NCBI GenBank assembly: GCA_027624175.1
Contig: JAQBXT010000003.1
Location: 1,162 to 65,161 of the forward strand
Source of the DNA: Pseudomonadota bacterium
Lineage (GTDB): Bacteria; Pseudomonadota; Gammaproteobacteria; Burkholderiales; SG8-39
DNA length: 64,000 nucleotides
Direction: 5' to 3'
Both the position numbers and the translations under genes were made by a program. Below the pieces are notes generated by a model. The model made no database searches, was not told where the DNA came from, and saw nothing but the letters and a program-made list of their open reading frames with translations. Within the stretch, counting starts at the first letter, position 1. Each line of letters starts with the position of its first letter. Shown piece by piece: positions 10,484 through 21,511 of this stretch.

Positions 10484-10996
10484 TCACCGTGCGGGCGGTT
10501 TGCCCTCGAGCGCCTTGATCACGCGCTCGGTGATGTCGATGCGCGGGTCCGCGTACACGGCGTCCTGAAAAATGATGTCGTATTTCTCCTGCTCGGCGAT
10601 CTGGCGGATCACGCGGTTCGCCTGCTCGACCACCAGGGCCAGCTCCTCGTTGCGGCGCTGGTTCAGATCCTCGCGGAATTCGCGCTGGCGGCGCTGGAAA
10701 TCCCGGTTCAGGTCGCCGAAGTCCCGTTCCTTGGCGCGGCGCTGGCTTTCCGGCATGGTGACGCCCTGGCGCTCCAGCTCGTCCTGCAGGCGCTTGAGCT
10801 GGTCGGCGGTCTTGGCGAGTTCCTGGTCGCGCTTGGCGAACTCGGCTTCGATTTTCTTCTGCGCGCGCACTGCGGGCACGGCATCGCGCAGGATGCGCGC
10901 GGTGTTGACGAAGCCGATGCGGTATTCCGCCTGCGCGGCGGCGGGCAGCGCGGCCACCGCGAGCGCAAGTGCAAGTGCTGCGTTGACTAGCCGCAT
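10484..10996 (-). CDS. skp: Periplasmic chaperone OmpH/Skp
   Basis: ATG 10996; signal peptide MRLVNAALALALAVAALPAAAQA, then a coiled, charged body. Sits in the conserved bamA-skp-lpxD position. Confidence 0.85.
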   Translation of the reverse strand: MRLVNAALALALAVAALPAAAQAEYRIGFVNTARILRDAVPAVRAQKKIEAEFAKRDQELAKTADQLKRLQDELERQGVTMPESQRRAKERDFGDLNRDFQRRQREFREDLNQRRNEELALVVEQANRVIRQIAEQEKYDIIFQDAVYADPRIDITERVIKALEGKPPAR

Positions 10997-11012
10997 GCGG
11001 ATTCCGATTCGT

Positions 11013-13328
11013 TCAGAAGGCGGTGCCAAACTTGAATTGTAACCGCTGCACGCGGTCGAAGCCCTCGCGCTCGTTGAGCGGGTAGGCGTAAGACAGGCGC
11101 AGTGGGCCAACCGGCGAACTCCAGGCCAGCGCCAGCCCGGTCGAATAGCGCAGCTCGGACAGTGACAGCTTCTCGCCCTGCGCATAGATCTGGCCGGCGT
11201 CGATGAAAGCGCTCAAGCGCAGCGACTTGTCCTGCCCCGCGCCGGGAACCGGAAACAGCAGTTCGAGGTTACCCGCGATCCGCCGTGTGCCGCCCAGGGA
11301 GTTTCCCGCCGCGTCCCGGGGACCCAGTGAAAAGTCATCGTAGCCGCGCACCGTACCTGGGCCACCGGCGTAGTAGTTCTTGAAGAACGGCAGCGGCTTG
11401 CCGCCGAGGCCGCTGGCGTAACCGAGGTCGCCGTTCACGAACAGCGTGAACGTCCGACTGAGCGGCCAGTAGTACTGCTGGTTGAAGCCGAGACGGTAGT
11501 ACTGCAGGTCCCCGCCGGCGATTTCCCCGCTGACGCGCGACAGGCCACCGTCGGTGGTCAGGATCAGGCTGTCGCGCGTATCGCGCGCCCACGCCGAGGT
11601 CAGGGAGCCGTAGCGGTAGTCGTTGCCGAATGTGGCGGCGAAATCCTGGTGGACGAACGCGCTGTTGGCAAAAGTCTGCAGCTCCACATCCTCCATGCTC
11701 GCGCCGAAGCTCACGGTGTCGCGCTCGGAGATCGGATAGCTGAACCTGATGCCGGCGCCCAGGGTATCCGTCTTGTACGCTCCGATGGTCAGCGTGGAGG
11801 CATCCACGCTGCGCTGGTAGACGTCGAATCCACGGCTCACGCCGTCCACCGTGTAGTAGGGGTCCACGTAGGACAGCGCGTGGACCTTGTTCACGGTGCC
11901 GCTGTTCACCTCGAGCGACAGGTACTTTCCGCTGCCGAATACGTTTGGCTGGGTGATCGACGCGGATAAGATCAGGCGGTCGACCGACGAGAAACCCACC
12001 CCGACCATCAGGGCGCCGGTCGGCTTTTCCTCGACCGTGTAGGTGACGTCCACCTGGTCGGGCGAACCCTCGACCGGCGTCGTTTGTACGCTCACGTCGC
12101 TGAAGAACCGCGTGCGGTCGATGCGCCGGCGTGACAACTGGATCCTGGACGCATCGTAATACGCGCCCTCCAGCTGACGCATCTCCCGCCGCACCACTTC
12201 GTCGCGCGTCTTGGCGTTGCCGAGGACATTGATGCGGCGCACGTACACGCGCCGGCCCGGGTCGAGCAGGATGGTGAACGCCACCGTGCGCTTCTCCTTG
12301 TCCACCTGCGGCACCGCGTTGGCATTGGCGAAGGCGTAGCCGTCGTTGCCCAGGCGGTCGCTGATGGCCTTGGTGGTCTCCGTCAGCCTGCGGCGCGAGA
12401 ACACGTCGCCCGGCTTGATGCGGATCAGCGACTCCAGTTCCTCGCTTGGCACCAGCAGCTGCCCGGCAAGCTGCACCGAGGACACCGTGTACTTGTCGCC
12501 CTCGGAGACATTGACCGTGATGTAGATGTCCTGGCGGTCCGGCGTGATCGACACCTGGGTCGATTCGACGTTGAAGTCCAGGTAGCCCTGGTCCAGGTAA
12601 TGCGAGCGCAGCGTTTCCAGGTCGGCCGACAGCCTCTGGCGCGAGTACTGGTCGTGCTTCGTGTACCAGGTCAGCCAGCCCGGGGTGCGCAACACGAACA
12701 GGTCGAGCAATTCCGCTTCTGGAAACGCCTTGGCGCCGACGATGTTGATGCCCCGGATGTTCGCCACTTCGCCCTCGATCACCGCGAAACTGATGGCGAC
12801 GCGGTTGCGCTCGAGCGGGGTGACGGTGGTCTGCACCTCGGCGGCGTACTTGCCGCGCGACAGGTACTGCCGCTTGAGTTCCTGTTCCGCGCTGTCCAGC
12901 GCCGAGCGGTCGAAGATGCGACCTTCGGCCAGGCCCAGATCGCGCAGCACGCGTCGCAGGGCATCCGGCTGGAATTCGCTCACGCCGGCGAAATCCACTT
13001 GCGCGATCGCCGGGCGCTCCTCGACCTGGACCACCAGCACGCCGTTGTCGGCCTCCAGCCGCACATCCTTGAAGAACCCGGTGGCGAATAACGCGCGCAA
13101 CGCCTGCTGCGCCTTCTCCTCGGTGAGCGTCTCCCCCACCTTGACCGGCAGATAGCTGAACACCGTTCCCGGGTCGGTGCGCTGCACGCCTTCGACCCTG
13201 ATGTCCTTGATGACAAACGGGCGGAAGGTCGGCGGTTGGGGTTGGGCGTGCGCCGCCCCAGCCGCGACCAGTAACGCACAAGCGAGCGCCGCGACCAAGC
13301 ACATAGGCATCGGCAGTCCGGGCTTCAA
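11013..13328 (-). CDS. bamA: Outer membrane protein assembly factor BamA
   Basis: 771-codon ORF with a signal peptide, POTRA repeats (IKDIRVEGVQRTD...) and a C-terminal beta-barrel ending ...FKFGTAF. TTG 13328 overlaps the rseP stop; ATG 13310 is an alternative start. Confidence 0.93.
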   Translation of the reverse strand: MKPGLPMPMCLVAALACALLVAAGAAHAQPQPPTFRPFVIKDIRVEGVQRTDPGTVFSYLPVKVGETLTEEKAQQALRALFATGFFKDVRLEADNGVLVVQVEERPAIAQVDFAGVSEFQPDALRRVLRDLGLAEGRIFDRSALDSAEQELKRQYLSRGKYAAEVQTTVTPLERNRVAISFAVIEGEVANIRGINIVGAKAFPEAELLDLFVLRTPGWLTWYTKHDQYSRQRLSADLETLRSHYLDQGYLDFNVESTQVSITPDRQDIYITVNVSEGDKYTVSSVQLAGQLLVPSEELESLIRIKPGDVFSRRRLTETTKAISDRLGNDGYAFANANAVPQVDKEKRTVAFTILLDPGRRVYVRRINVLGNAKTRDEVVRREMRQLEGAYYDASRIQLSRRRIDRTRFFSDVSVQTTPVEGSPDQVDVTYTVEEKPTGALMVGVGFSSVDRLILSASITQPNVFGSGKYLSLEVNSGTVNKVHALSYVDPYYTVDGVSRGFDVYQRSVDASTLTIGAYKTDTLGAGIRFSYPISERDTVSFGASMEDVELQTFANSAFVHQDFAATFGNDYRYGSLTSAWARDTRDSLILTTDGGLSRVSGEIAGGDLQYYRLGFNQQYYWPLSRTFTLFVNGDLGYASGLGGKPLPFFKNYYAGGPGTVRGYDDFSLGPRDAAGNSLGGTRRIAGNLELLFPVPGAGQDKSLRLSAFIDAGQIYAQGEKLSLSELRYSTGLALAWSSPVGPLRLSYAYPLNEREGFDRVQRLQFKFGTAF

Positions 13329-14689
13329 CCGGCGAACAGCCGGGTCAGGTCGTTATAGAAAGCGAACGCCATCAGCATCAGCAGCAACGCGATGCCGACG
13401 CGCTGCCCCAGGTCCATGGCACGTTCCGACGCGGGGCTGCCCTTGACCGCCTCGAACAGGTAGTACATCAGGTGGCCCCCGTCGAGCGGCGGGATTGGCA
13501 ACAGGTTGAGCACGCCCAGGCTGATGCTGATCAGGGCGAGGAACGTCAGGTAGGGAATCCAGCCCAGCTGCGCGGACTGACCGGCGAAATCGGCAATCGT
13601 CACCGGGCCCGACAAGTTTTTCCAGGAGACCTCGCCGAGCAGCATCATGCCCAGCATCTTCAAGCTGAACACCGAGATGTCCCAGGTCTTGGCGATCGCG
13701 TGCGTCAGGCTGGCCAGCGGCGCATGGCGAACCTGGATGAAGATTCGCGCCGCATGCGACTCCGGAATCTCGGGCGCGGCACCAATGCGTCCGATGCGCG
13801 CCCCCTTGACCGAGACGGCATCCGGCGTCACTTCGACCTCCATGCTCACGCCCGCACGCTCGATGCTCAGGCGCAAGGACTGCTGCGGCCGTTGCCGCAC
13901 GGCCTGCACCAGTTCGTCCCAGGTGGCGAGCGCCTGGCCATCCACGCGCAACACGCGATCACCTGCTGCGAGTCCTGCCTTTTCCGCAGCACTGCCGGCG
14001 ACGACCTGTCCCAGCACTGGAGCCAGCTGCGGACGGAACAACCCCAGGCCGATGCGCTCGAGCGCGTCGCTTTCCACCTCCTCTGCCGGAAAGCTGTTCA
14101 GGTCCAGCACCAAGGTCGAGATCTGCTCGCGCTCGTTGATCACCTCGACGCTGAGTCGCTGGCGCTGCAGCGCAGCCTGCAGCACACGCCAGCGCAGGTC
14201 CTGCCACGTGGCCACCGCCTGCCCGTCGATCGCGCGCACCAGGTCTCCGCTGCGGAATCCGGCGGCGCGGGCCAGCGTCGCGGCCGGGGGTTCCGCCAGC
14301 ACCGGCCGCGCCTCCGGTAGTCCGTGCATGTAGAGACCGGCATACACGGCAATCGCGAACAGGAAATTGAACAACGGCCCTGCGATGACGATGAGCAAAC
14401 GCGCACCGACGCTCTGCCGGTTGAACGCCCGGCTGACTTCCTGCGGCGCAACCGGCGCTTCACGTTCGTCCAGCATCTTCACATAGCCGCCGAAAGGTAT
14501 TGCGGCGATCGCCCACTCGGTCTGGTCACGGCCGCGGCGCCAGGTGAACAGCGGGCGCCCGAATCCCACCGAAAAACGCAGCACCTTGACCCCGCACAGA
14601 CGGGCCACCAGGTAATGGCCGTACTCGTGCACCACGATGAGCACGCCCAGCGCGACGACGAACGCAAGCACCGTATGCAGGAGCGTCAC
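13325..14689 (-). CDS. rseP: RIP zinc metalloprotease RseP
   Basis: 454 aa; [10 protein letters not shown] (HExxH), PDZ segments, [15 protein letters not shown] start overlaps the dxr stop (GTGA). Confidence 0.93.
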   Translation of the reverse strand: MTLLHTVLAFVVALGVLIVVHEYGHYLVARLCGVKVLRFSVGFGRPLFTWRRGRDQTEWAIAAIPFGGYVKMLDEREAPVAPQEVSRAFNRQSVGARLLIVIAGPLFNFLFAIAVYAGLYMHGLPEARPVLAEPPAATLARAAGFRSGDLVRAIDGQAVATWQDLRWRVLQAALQRQRLSVEVINEREQISTLVLDLNSFPAEEVESDALERIGLGLFRPQLAPVLGQVVAGSAAEKAGLAAGDRVLRVDGQALATWDELVQAVRQRPQQSLRLSIERAGVSMEVEVTPDAVSVKGARIGRIGAAPEIPESHAARIFIQVRHAPLASLTHAIAKTWDISVFSLKMLGMMLLGEVSWKNLSGPVTIADFAGQSAQLGWIPYLTFLALISISLGVLNLLPIPPLDGGHLMYYLFEAVKGSPASERAMDLGQRVGIALLLMLMAFAFYNDLTRLFAG

Positions 14690-15903
14690 GCCGCCTGCCC
14701 CAGGAGGCGGTTCACGACCTCCGCTGCGGCGCGGCGTGCGCGCGCGTCGGCATCCAGGATGCCATCGATCTGATCCTCGCTCCCGCCCGCGACGCGCCCC
14801 AGGGCGTCCTCGATCACCCGGGCGATCGCCGTGAAGCGCAGGCGGCCAGCCAGAAACGCCTCGACCGCGACCTCGTTCGCCGCGTTGAGCACCGCCGGGG
14901 CAGTACCGCCGGCGCGCAGCGCATCATAGGCGAGACCCAGGCAGGGAAAGCGTTCCAGGTCGGGACGTTGGAACGAGAGCTGACCCACCGCACCCAGGTC
15001 GAGCGCCCGCGCGCCGGACTCCATGCGCTCCGGAAAGGCGAGCGCGTGCGCGATCGGCACGCGCATGTCGGGGTTGGACAACTGCGCGATCATCGATCCA
15101 TCGACGTACTCCACCAGCGAGTGCACGATGCTCTGCGGGTGAATCACGACTTCAATCGCATCTGCCGCCAGGCCGAATAGCCAGCGGGCCTCGATGACCT
15201 CCAGCCCCTTGTTCATCATGGTCGCGGAATCGACGGAAATCTTGCGCCCCATGATCCAGTTGGGGTGGGCGCAGGCCTGCTGGGGCGTCACGCCATGCAG
15301 GCGCTCGACAGGCGTGGTGCGGAACGGCCCGCCCGATGCGGTCAGCACGACCCTGCGCACGCCGCGCAAAGTCGCACCGCTGCCGTCGTGCGGCAGGCAT
15401 TGGAATACTGCGTTGTGCTCGCTGTCGATCGGCAGCAACTCGGCACCGGACTCGCGCACGGCGCGCATGAACAGAGGCCCCGCCATGACCAGCGCTTCCT
15501 TGTTGGCGAGCAGCAGACGCTTGCCGGCACGTGCGGCGGCCAGCGTGGCTGGCAGGCCGGCTGCGCCGACGATCGCCGCCATCACGGCATCGCAGTCGGG
15601 CGCCGCCGCCACATCCGCCAGCGCATGTGCGCCGAACAGCAATTCGCAGCCTGCATCTGAAAATCGCCGGCGCAGGGCCTCACCCGGCGCACAACCTGAG
15701 AGCACCGCACGGCGCGGCCGGTGCCGCAGGCAAAGCTCCAGCAGCTGGTCGGCAGACGTGTGCGCCGTCAGCGCCCGCACTGAATAGCGATCGGCATGGC
15801 GCGATACCACGTCGAGCGTGCTTGCGCCGATGGAGCCGGTGGCGCCAAGCAGCACCAGGCCCAGGGGTCCGCGCGCGGGATGCGGGAGCGGAATCCCCGT
15901 CAA
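14686..15903 (-). CDS. dxr: 1-deoxy-D-xylulose 5-phosphate reductoisomerase
   Basis: [15 protein letters not shown] ... PIDSEHNA ... [23 protein letters not shown]. Start uncertain: TTG 15903 or a downstream GTG. Confidence 0.93.
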   Translation of the reverse strand: MTGIPLPHPARGPLGLVLLGATGSIGASTLDVVSRHADRYSVRALTAHTSADQLLELCLRHRPRRAVLSGCAPGEALRRRFSDAGCELLFGAHALADVAAAPDCDAVMAAIVGAAGLPATLAAARAGKRLLLANKEALVMAGPLFMRAVRESGAELLPIDSEHNAVFQCLPHDGSGATLRGVRRVVLTASGGPFRTTPVERLHGVTPQQACAHPNWIMGRKISVDSATMMNKGLEVIEARWLFGLAADAIEVVIHPQSIVHSLVEYVDGSMIAQLSNPDMRVPIAHALAFPERMESGARALDLGAVGQLSFQRPDLERFPCLGLAYDALRAGGTAPAVLNAANEVAVEAFLAGRLRFTAIARVIEDALGRVAGGSEDQIDGILDADARARRAAAEVVNRLLGQAA

Positions 15904-17498
15904 GTCACGGACGTCCAGCTCAGCAGCAGGGCGGCGATCGGCAAGGTCGAAGTCATGCTGTCGATGCGGTCAAGCACGCCACCGTGTCCCGGAAGCAGGG
16001 TTCCGCTGTCCTTGGCGCCGGCCTGGCGCTTGAGCGCCGATTCGAACAAGTCGCCCACCACGCTGAGTGCGCACAGGAGTACAACTCCGACCAGATAGGG
16101 AATCCAGCCCGCGCCGCGCGCGGTTGCCGCGAACGGCGCGCCTGGTACCGCGCAAATGATAGCGTAGATCAGGGTGGCGGCAACGGCGCCTGCCACGCCT
16201 TCCCAGGTCTTGCCCGGGCTGATGACGGGCGCGAGCTTGCGCGCACCGAACGCACGTCCTGCAAAATAGGCGGCGGTATCGGCAACCCACACCAAGCCCA
16301 TGACCGGCAGCAATCGCTCGACCGGCAAGGCGAGCGCCGCCAGTCCCGCAGGAACCAGCACGAGAAATCCGGCCGCACCCAGCAGCGCGCGAGCGCTGCG
16401 CCCGAGACCGCCTCGCATCCAGGCCGGAGCGAGCATGATCCAGAACAGCGCGCTCGCCGCGAACAGCCCCTGCTGCGCGCGAGGCGCGGCGGGCAAGGCG
16501 ATCACTGCAAGGCCGAACAGCGCCGCGCAGGCGACGCCGTAGAAAGCCGCCGCCGGCCGGCTGAAGCCCGCAAGTCGCCCCCATTCGTGCCCCGCGAGCG
16601 CAATGACAGCGCCCAACAGCATCGCCAGTTGCAGCCTGTCGAGGAGCAGCAGGGCGGCGAGCAGGCCGCCCAGCAGCAGCAGCGCCGTCGCCACCCGCAG
16701 CCACAGGCCCTCAGGCAGTCGCACTGGCCTGTGCAGGCGCGGCGCGCTTCGCCTCCTCAGCTGATCACTGGTACGGCCGAACCTGCGCTCGCGGCGCGCA
16801 TAGGACGCGATCGCGGCATCGAGCGCGGCGCCGTCGAAGTCCGGCCAGAGTGTTTCGGTGAAATACAGCTCAGTGTAGGCAAGCTGCCACAGCAGGAAAT
16901 TGCTCACGCGCTGCTCACCGCCGGTGCGGATGAACAAATCGGGTTCCGGGGCGTAGCTCATCGACAGGTAGCGCGCAAGCTGTGCTTCCTCGATGGGAAC
17001 CTGTGCCGCTTCGGGGCGCTCGCGCAGCAAACGTCCCAGCGCCTGCAGGATGTCCCAGCGTCCGCCGTAGTTTGCGGCGATGGTGAGCGTCAGGCCTGTA
17101 TTGGCCGCCGTGAGGCGTTCGCCCTGCTCGATCAGCGCACGCATGCGCGAGTCGAAGCGCTCGAGGTCGCCGACCACGCGCAGGCGCACGCCGTTGCGGT
17201 GCAGCTTTTCCACCTCGCTGCTCAGCGCGCCGTGGAACAGCTGCATGATCAGCGCCACCTCCTCCGCGGGCCGGCGCCAGTTTTCCGAGCTGAAGGCAAA
17301 CAGGGTCAGGAAGCGCACGCCGCGCTCGGCGCAGGCCTGCACGATGCTGCGCACCGCTGCGACGCCGCGCCGGTGCCCGGCGAAGCGCGGCAGCAGTCGC
17401 CGCTTCGCCCAGCGGCCGTTGCCGTCCATGATCACGGCGACATGCCTGGGCACCTCGCCGTGCGCCGGGATCGCTTCCGTGGAACTTTCGTGGCTCAC
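15900..17498 (-). CDS. uppS-cdsA: Single open frame encoding undecaprenyl-diphosphate synthase (N-terminal half) fused to phosphatidate cytidylyltransferase (C-terminal half)
   Basis: GTG 17498 (8 nt after the frr stop) gives VSHESS...[13 protein letters not shown]...FSSENWRRP...RERRFG (complete UppS). An Arg-rich linker [17 protein letters not shown] follows. Then comes a complete CdsA (...SPGKTWEG...[26 protein letters not shown]). There is no in-frame stop between the two halves. Confidence 0.8.
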   Translation of the reverse strand: MSHESSTEAIPAHGEVPRHVAVIMDGNGRWAKRRLLPRFAGHRRGVAAVRSIVQACAERGVRFLTLFAFSSENWRRPAEEVALIMQLFHGALSSEVEKLHRNGVRLRVVGDLERFDSRMRALIEQGERLTAANTGLTLTIAANYGGRWDILQALGRLLRERPEAAQVPIEEAQLARYLSMSYAPEPDLFIRTGGEQRVSNFLLWQLAYTELYFTETLWPDFDGAALDAAIASYARRERRFGRTSDQLRRRSAPRLHRPVRLPEGLWLRVATALLLLGGLLAALLLLDRLQLAMLLGAVIALAGHEWGRLAGFSRPAAAFYGVACAALFGLAVIALPAAPRAQQGLFAASALFWIMLAPAWMRGGLGRSARALLGAAGFLVLVPAGLAALALPVERLLPVMGLVWVADTAAYFAGRAFGARKLAPVISPGKTWEGVAGAVAATLIYAIICAVPGAPFAATARGAGWIPYLVGVVLLCALSVVGDLFESALKRQAGAKDSGTLLPGHGGVLDRIDSMTSTLPIAALLLSWTSVT

Positions 17499-17505
17499 GC
17501 AGCGC

Positions 17506-18063
17506 CTAGACCGCCAGCAACTCGGCTTCCTTCTGCTGCAGCAGCATGTCGATCTCGCCGATCGAGCGGTCGGTGAGTTTCTGCACCTCGTCCTGCGCAC
17601 GGCGCTCATCGTTCTCGGAAACTTCCTTCTCCTTCAGCGCTTCCTTGAGGTGGTGGTTGGCGTCGCGCCGCAGGTTGCGCACCGCTACGCGCGCGCCCTC
17701 GGCCTCGTGCTTGACCACTTTGATCAGTTCCTTGCGCCGCTCTTCCGTCAGCGCCGGCATTGGCACCCGTACGGTATCCCCCATAGTCGCGGGGTTGAGC
17801 CCAAGGTCCGAATCGCGGATCGCCTTCTCCACCGCCTGCAGCATCTTCTTCTCAAACGGCGCCACGCCGATGGTGCGCGCATCGAGCAGCATGACCCGGG
17901 CCACCTGGTTCAGCGGCGTCGGCGTACCGTAGTAGTCCACCGTGATGTGGTCCAGCAACCCGGTGTGCGCGCGCCCGGTGCGCACCTTGGACAGGTCCGC
18001 TTTGAAGGCTTCCACGCTCTTGTGCATCTTCTGTTCAGTAGTCTTTTTGAGTTCGGCTAGCAT
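17506..18063 (-). CDS. frr: Ribosome recycling factor
   Basis: ATG 18063; [38 protein letters not shown]... Confidence 0.95.
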   Translation of the reverse strand: MLAELKKTTEQKMHKSVEAFKADLSKVRTGRAHTGLLDHITVDYYGTPTPLNQVARVMLLDARTIGVAPFEKKMLQAVEKAIRDSDLGLNPATMGDTVRVPMPALTEERRKELIKVVKHEAEGARVAVRNLRRDANHHLKEALKEKEVSENDERRAQDEVQKLTDRSIGEIDMLLQQKEAELLAV

Positions 18064-18074
18064 TTGGCTCTTCC

Positions 18075-18809
18075 TCAGACGTGCACCAGCGTGCCTTCTT
18101 TCTCGCCGGTAACCACGCGCAGCAGCGCGTCCTTTTTGAATATGCTGAACACGTTCACCGGCAGCTTTTGGTCGCGGCAAAGGGTCAGCGCAGTGGCATC
18201 CATCACTTTGAGGTTGCGCTGGATGGCCTCATCGAAAGTCAGTTGTTCGTAGCGCCTCGCCGCAGGGTCTTTCTTCGGGTCGGCGGTGTAGACCCCGTCC
18301 ACCTTGGTGGCCTTGAGCACGATTTCGGCGCCGACTTCGCTGGCGCGCAGCGCCGCCGCGGTATCCGTGGTGAAAAACGGGTTGCCGGTGCCGGCGGCGA
18401 ACACCACCACCTTGCCTTCCTCGAGATAACGGATCGCCTTACCGCGGATATAGGGCTCAACTACCTGCTCGACATTGAGCGCCGACTGCACCCGGCAATC
18501 GAGCCCGGCGCGCCGCATGGCGTCCTGCAATGCCAGCGCATTCATCACGGTGGCCAGCATGCCCATGTAGTCCGCGGTGGCGCGATCCATGCCGGCGGCG
18601 CCGGGCGCCACGCCGCGGAAGATGTTGCCCCCGCCGATGACCACGCCGATTTCAACCGACATCCGTACCACTACCGCGATCTCCTGCACGATCGTCTCGA
18701 TGGTTTGCCGATTGATGCCGTAGGCGTCGTCGCCCATCAGCGCTTCCCCCGACAGCTTGAGGAGGATGCGCTTGTACTTCGGGGTGACGGCGGCCTCGTG
18801 CGGTTTCAT
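18075..18809 (-). CDS. pyrH: UMP kinase
   Basis: [15 protein letters not shown] ... [10 protein letters not shown] ... [11 protein letters not shown]. Confidence 0.95.
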   Translation of the reverse strand: MKPHEAAVTPKYKRILLKLSGEALMGDDAYGINRQTIETIVQEIAVVVRMSVEIGVVIGGGNIFRGVAPGAAGMDRATADYMGMLATVMNALALQDAMRRAGLDCRVQSALNVEQVVEPYIRGKAIRYLEEGKVVVFAAGTGNPFFTTDTAAALRASEVGAEIVLKATKVDGVYTADPKKDPAARRYEQLTFDEAIQRNLKVMDATALTLCRDQKLPVNVFSIFKKDALLRVVTGEKEGTLVHV

Positions 18810-18818
18810 GCTGCGCCC

Positions 18819-19676
18819 CTAGCGCGCGCCTCCCGCCGTGGCCAGTACTTCGGCGGCGAAGTCGCTGCCCTTCTTCTCGATGCCCTCTCCTACCACAAGA
18901 ATGCGGTAGGCATTCAGCTTCGCCTTCCGCGACGCCAGCAGCTTTTCGACGGATTGCTTGTCGTCCTTCACGAAAGCCTGCCCGAGCAGCGTGTTCTCGT
19001 TGAGGAACTTGTTGACCGTGCCCTCCACCATTTTGGCGACGATTTCCGGCGGCTTGCCGGACTCCTTGGCCCATGCCAGGGCGATGTCGCGCTCGCGCGC
19101 TACCACGTCGGCGGGCACTTCGGACTTCGAGAGGTACTGTGGCTTGTTGGCCGCAATGTGCATTGCCAAGTCCTTACCAAGGTCCTGCGCGCCATCGCAG
19201 TCCACTAACACACCGATTTTCACCCCATGCAGGTATAGCGCGAGCCGATCCACCGCCTCAATGCGCGCGAAGCGCCGGATCGAGATGTTTTCGCCGATCT
19301 TCTGTACCAGGGCCTGCCGGCGCGCTTCGAATGTCGCCAGCCCCTGCACATCCGCCGGATTCGACTGGGCAACCGCCTCAGCCACTTCCCGCGCGAAGGC
19401 GATGAAGTCCTCGTTCTTCGCCACGAAATCAGTCTCGCAATTCACTTCTGCCAACGCGCCCAGCTTCGCATCCGCCGACAGCCAGGCGCCGATCACGCCC
19501 TCGGCGGCGATGCGGCCGGCGGCCTTGCTCGCCTTGGCACCGCTCTTGATGCGCAGCAGCTCTTCGGCCTTTCTCAGGTCGCCGCCGGTCTCGACGAGCG
19601 CCTTCTTGCATTCCATCATTCCGAGCCCGGTCAGCTCCCGCAACTCCTTCACCAGGCCCGCGCTGATTTCCGCCAT
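18819..19676 (-). CDS. tsf: Translation elongation factor Ts
   Basis: [42 protein letters not shown]... Confidence 0.95.
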   Translation of the reverse strand: MAEISAGLVKELRELTGLGMMECKKALVETGGDLRKAEELLRIKSGAKASKAAGRIAAEGVIGAWLSADAKLGALAEVNCETDFVAKNEDFIAFAREVAEAVAQSNPADVQGLATFEARRQALVQKIGENISIRRFARIEAVDRLALYLHGVKIGVLVDCDGAQDLGKDLAMHIAANKPQYLSKSEVPADVVARERDIALAWAKESGKPPEIVAKMVEGTVNKFLNENTLLGQAFVKDDKQSVEKLLASRKAKLNAYRILVVGEGIEKKGSDFAAEVLATAGGAR

Positions 19677-19696
19677 TGCGTCATGCTCCTTAACTT

Positions 19697-19719
19697 AAAA
19701 AAAGGGGCCTAGGGCCCCT
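19697..19719 (-). terminator. Hairpin plus U-tract between rpsB and tsf (intra-operon attenuator/terminator)
   Basis: The minus strand reads AGGGGCC-CTA-GGCCCCT followed by TTTTTTT, 24 nt after the rpsB stop. An rpsB-tsf intergenic attenuator is known in E. coli. Confidence 0.6.
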
Positions 19720-19742
19720 GTCATTCGGCATGCGCCGCAGGA

Positions 19743-20489
19743 TCAGTCGCCGCCCGCTTCATTCACCTCGATGAATTCGTCGCGCGAGGCGGTCGCGATC
19801 TCTTCCACCGATTGCGAGCGGCCTTCCAGCACCGCGTCGGCGATACCGCGCGCGTACAGCCGGATCGCCCGGCTGGAATCGTCATTGCCGGGAATCACGT
19901 AGCCGATGCCCTCGGGGGAATGGTTGGTGTCGACCACCCCGACCACCGGGATGCCGAGCTTGACCGCTTCCGCGATGGCGCCCTTCTGGTAGCCGACGTC
20001 GATCACGAACAGCGCGTCGGGCAGGCCGGACAACTCCTTGATGCCGCCCAGCGAGCGCTGCAGCTTGGTCAATTCACGCTGCAGGCCAAGCGCTTCCTTC
20101 TTCGCCATGGTCTCGAAAGTGCCGTCCTCTGCCATCTGCTCCATTTCCTTGAGCCGCTTGATGGACTGCTTGACGGTCTTGAAGTTCGTCAGCATGCCGC
20201 CCAGCCAGCGATGGTCGACGAACGGCATGGCACAGCGCAGCGCCTCCTCGCGCAGGATCTCGCGCGCCTGGCGCTTGGTGCCCACGAACAGGATGGAGCC
20301 GCGGTTGGCCGCCAGCTGGCGCACGTACTTCAGCGCCTCCTGGTACATGGCCAGGGTCTTTTCAAGGTTGATGATGTGGATCTTGTTGCGGTGGCCGAAG
20401 ATGTACGGCGCCATCTTCGGGTTCCAGTAGCGGGTTTGGTGGCCGAAATGGACCCCCGCTTCGAGCATCTCACGCATGCTAGCTGACAC
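19743..20489 (-). CDS. rpsB: 30S ribosomal protein S2
   Basis: GTG 20489 preceded by AAGGAG plus a 6-nt spacer; [32 protein letters not shown]... Confidence 0.95.
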   Translation of the reverse strand: MSASMREMLEAGVHFGHQTRYWNPKMAPYIFGHRNKIHIINLEKTLAMYQEALKYVRQLAANRGSILFVGTKRQAREILREEALRCAMPFVDHRWLGGMLTNFKTVKQSIKRLKEMEQMAEDGTFETMAKKEALGLQRELTKLQRSLGGIKELSGLPDALFVIDVGYQKGAIAEAVKLGIPVVGVVDTNHSPEGIGYVIPGNDDSSRAIRLYARGIADAVLEGRSQSVEEIATASRDEFIEVNEAGGD

Positions 20490-20712
20490 TATGCACTCCT
20501 TAGGGTTGATGTCTGCCACTCCGGACCATCCGAAAACCCTTGCGGGCACCCTAATCGGCCGGGGCGGGAAATTTGGCCCGCTGCAGTACAGAACACCATG
20601 CGGGCCAGCTCAAAATTCTAGCATAATCAGGCACCAAGGCCCAGGGCGGAAGCGCCTGCGCATTGCCCCGCCGAACCCATTCCCTTATCCTGCGCGCTTT
20701 TTTCCTCCCACC

Positions 20713-21510
20713 ATGCCCGTCGTCCTGAAGACTGCAGAAGAAATCGCCCAGATGCGGGTCGCAGGCCGCCTGGCGGCCGAAGTGCTCGATTTCATTGCGC
20801 CCCACGTGAAAACGGGCATGACGACGGGCCGCCTGAACGATGTATGCCATGCGTACATGACCGACGTGCAAGGCACCATGCCGGCGCCACTCAACTACGC
20901 GCCGCCCGGGTACAAGCCGTTTCCGAAAGCGATCTGCACGTCGGTCAACCATCAGGTCTGCCATGGCATCCCGGGCGAGCGCGTGCTCAAGCCCGGCGAC
21001 ATCCTGAACATCGACGTCACGGTGATCAAGGACGGCTTCCACGGCGACAGCAGCCGCATGTACTACGTGGGCGAACCGAGCATCCAGGCGCGCCGCCTGT
21101 CCGAAGTCACGTATGAATGCATGTGGCGCGGCATCGAGCGCGTGCGCGCCGGCACGCAGCTGGGCGACCTGGGCGCCGCGATCCAGGCGCACGCAGAACA
21201 GCACGGCTACTCGGTAGTGCGAGAGTTCTGCGGCCACGGCATCGGCCGCAAATTCCACGAGGACCCGCAGATCCTGCACTACGGCAAGCCTGGCACAGGC
21301 ATGCGGCTCGAGGCGGGTATGACGTTCACCGTGGAGCCGATGATCAACGCCGGCAAGGCCGGGATCCGCGAGTTGGCGGACGGCTGGACCATCGTCACCA
21401 AGGACCACAGCCTGTCGGCGCAATGGGAGCATACGGTGCTGGTCACGGCGACCGGCTATGAGGTGCTCACCACCTCCGCCGGCACACCCGCGGCGCCGCG
21501 CCTGCTGTGA
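20713..21510 (+). CDS. map: Type I methionine aminopeptidase
   Basis: ATG 20713; MPVVLKTAEEIAQMRVAGRLAAEVL ... HGIP ... DGFHGDSS ... FCGHGIG ... WEHTVLVT. Confidence 0.95.
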   Translation: MPVVLKTAEEIAQMRVAGRLAAEVLDFIAPHVKTGMTTGRLNDVCHAYMTDVQGTMPAPLNYAPPGYKPFPKAICTSVNHQVCHGIPGERVLKPGDILNIDVTVIKDGFHGDSSRMYYVGEPSIQARRLSEVTYECMWRGIERVRAGTQLGDLGAAIQAHAEQHGYSVVREFCGHGIGRKFHEDPQILHYGKPGTGMRLEAGMTFTVEPMINAGKAGIRELADGWTIVTKDHSLSAQWEHTVLVTATGYEVLTTSAGTPAAPRLL

Positions 21511-21511
21511 C

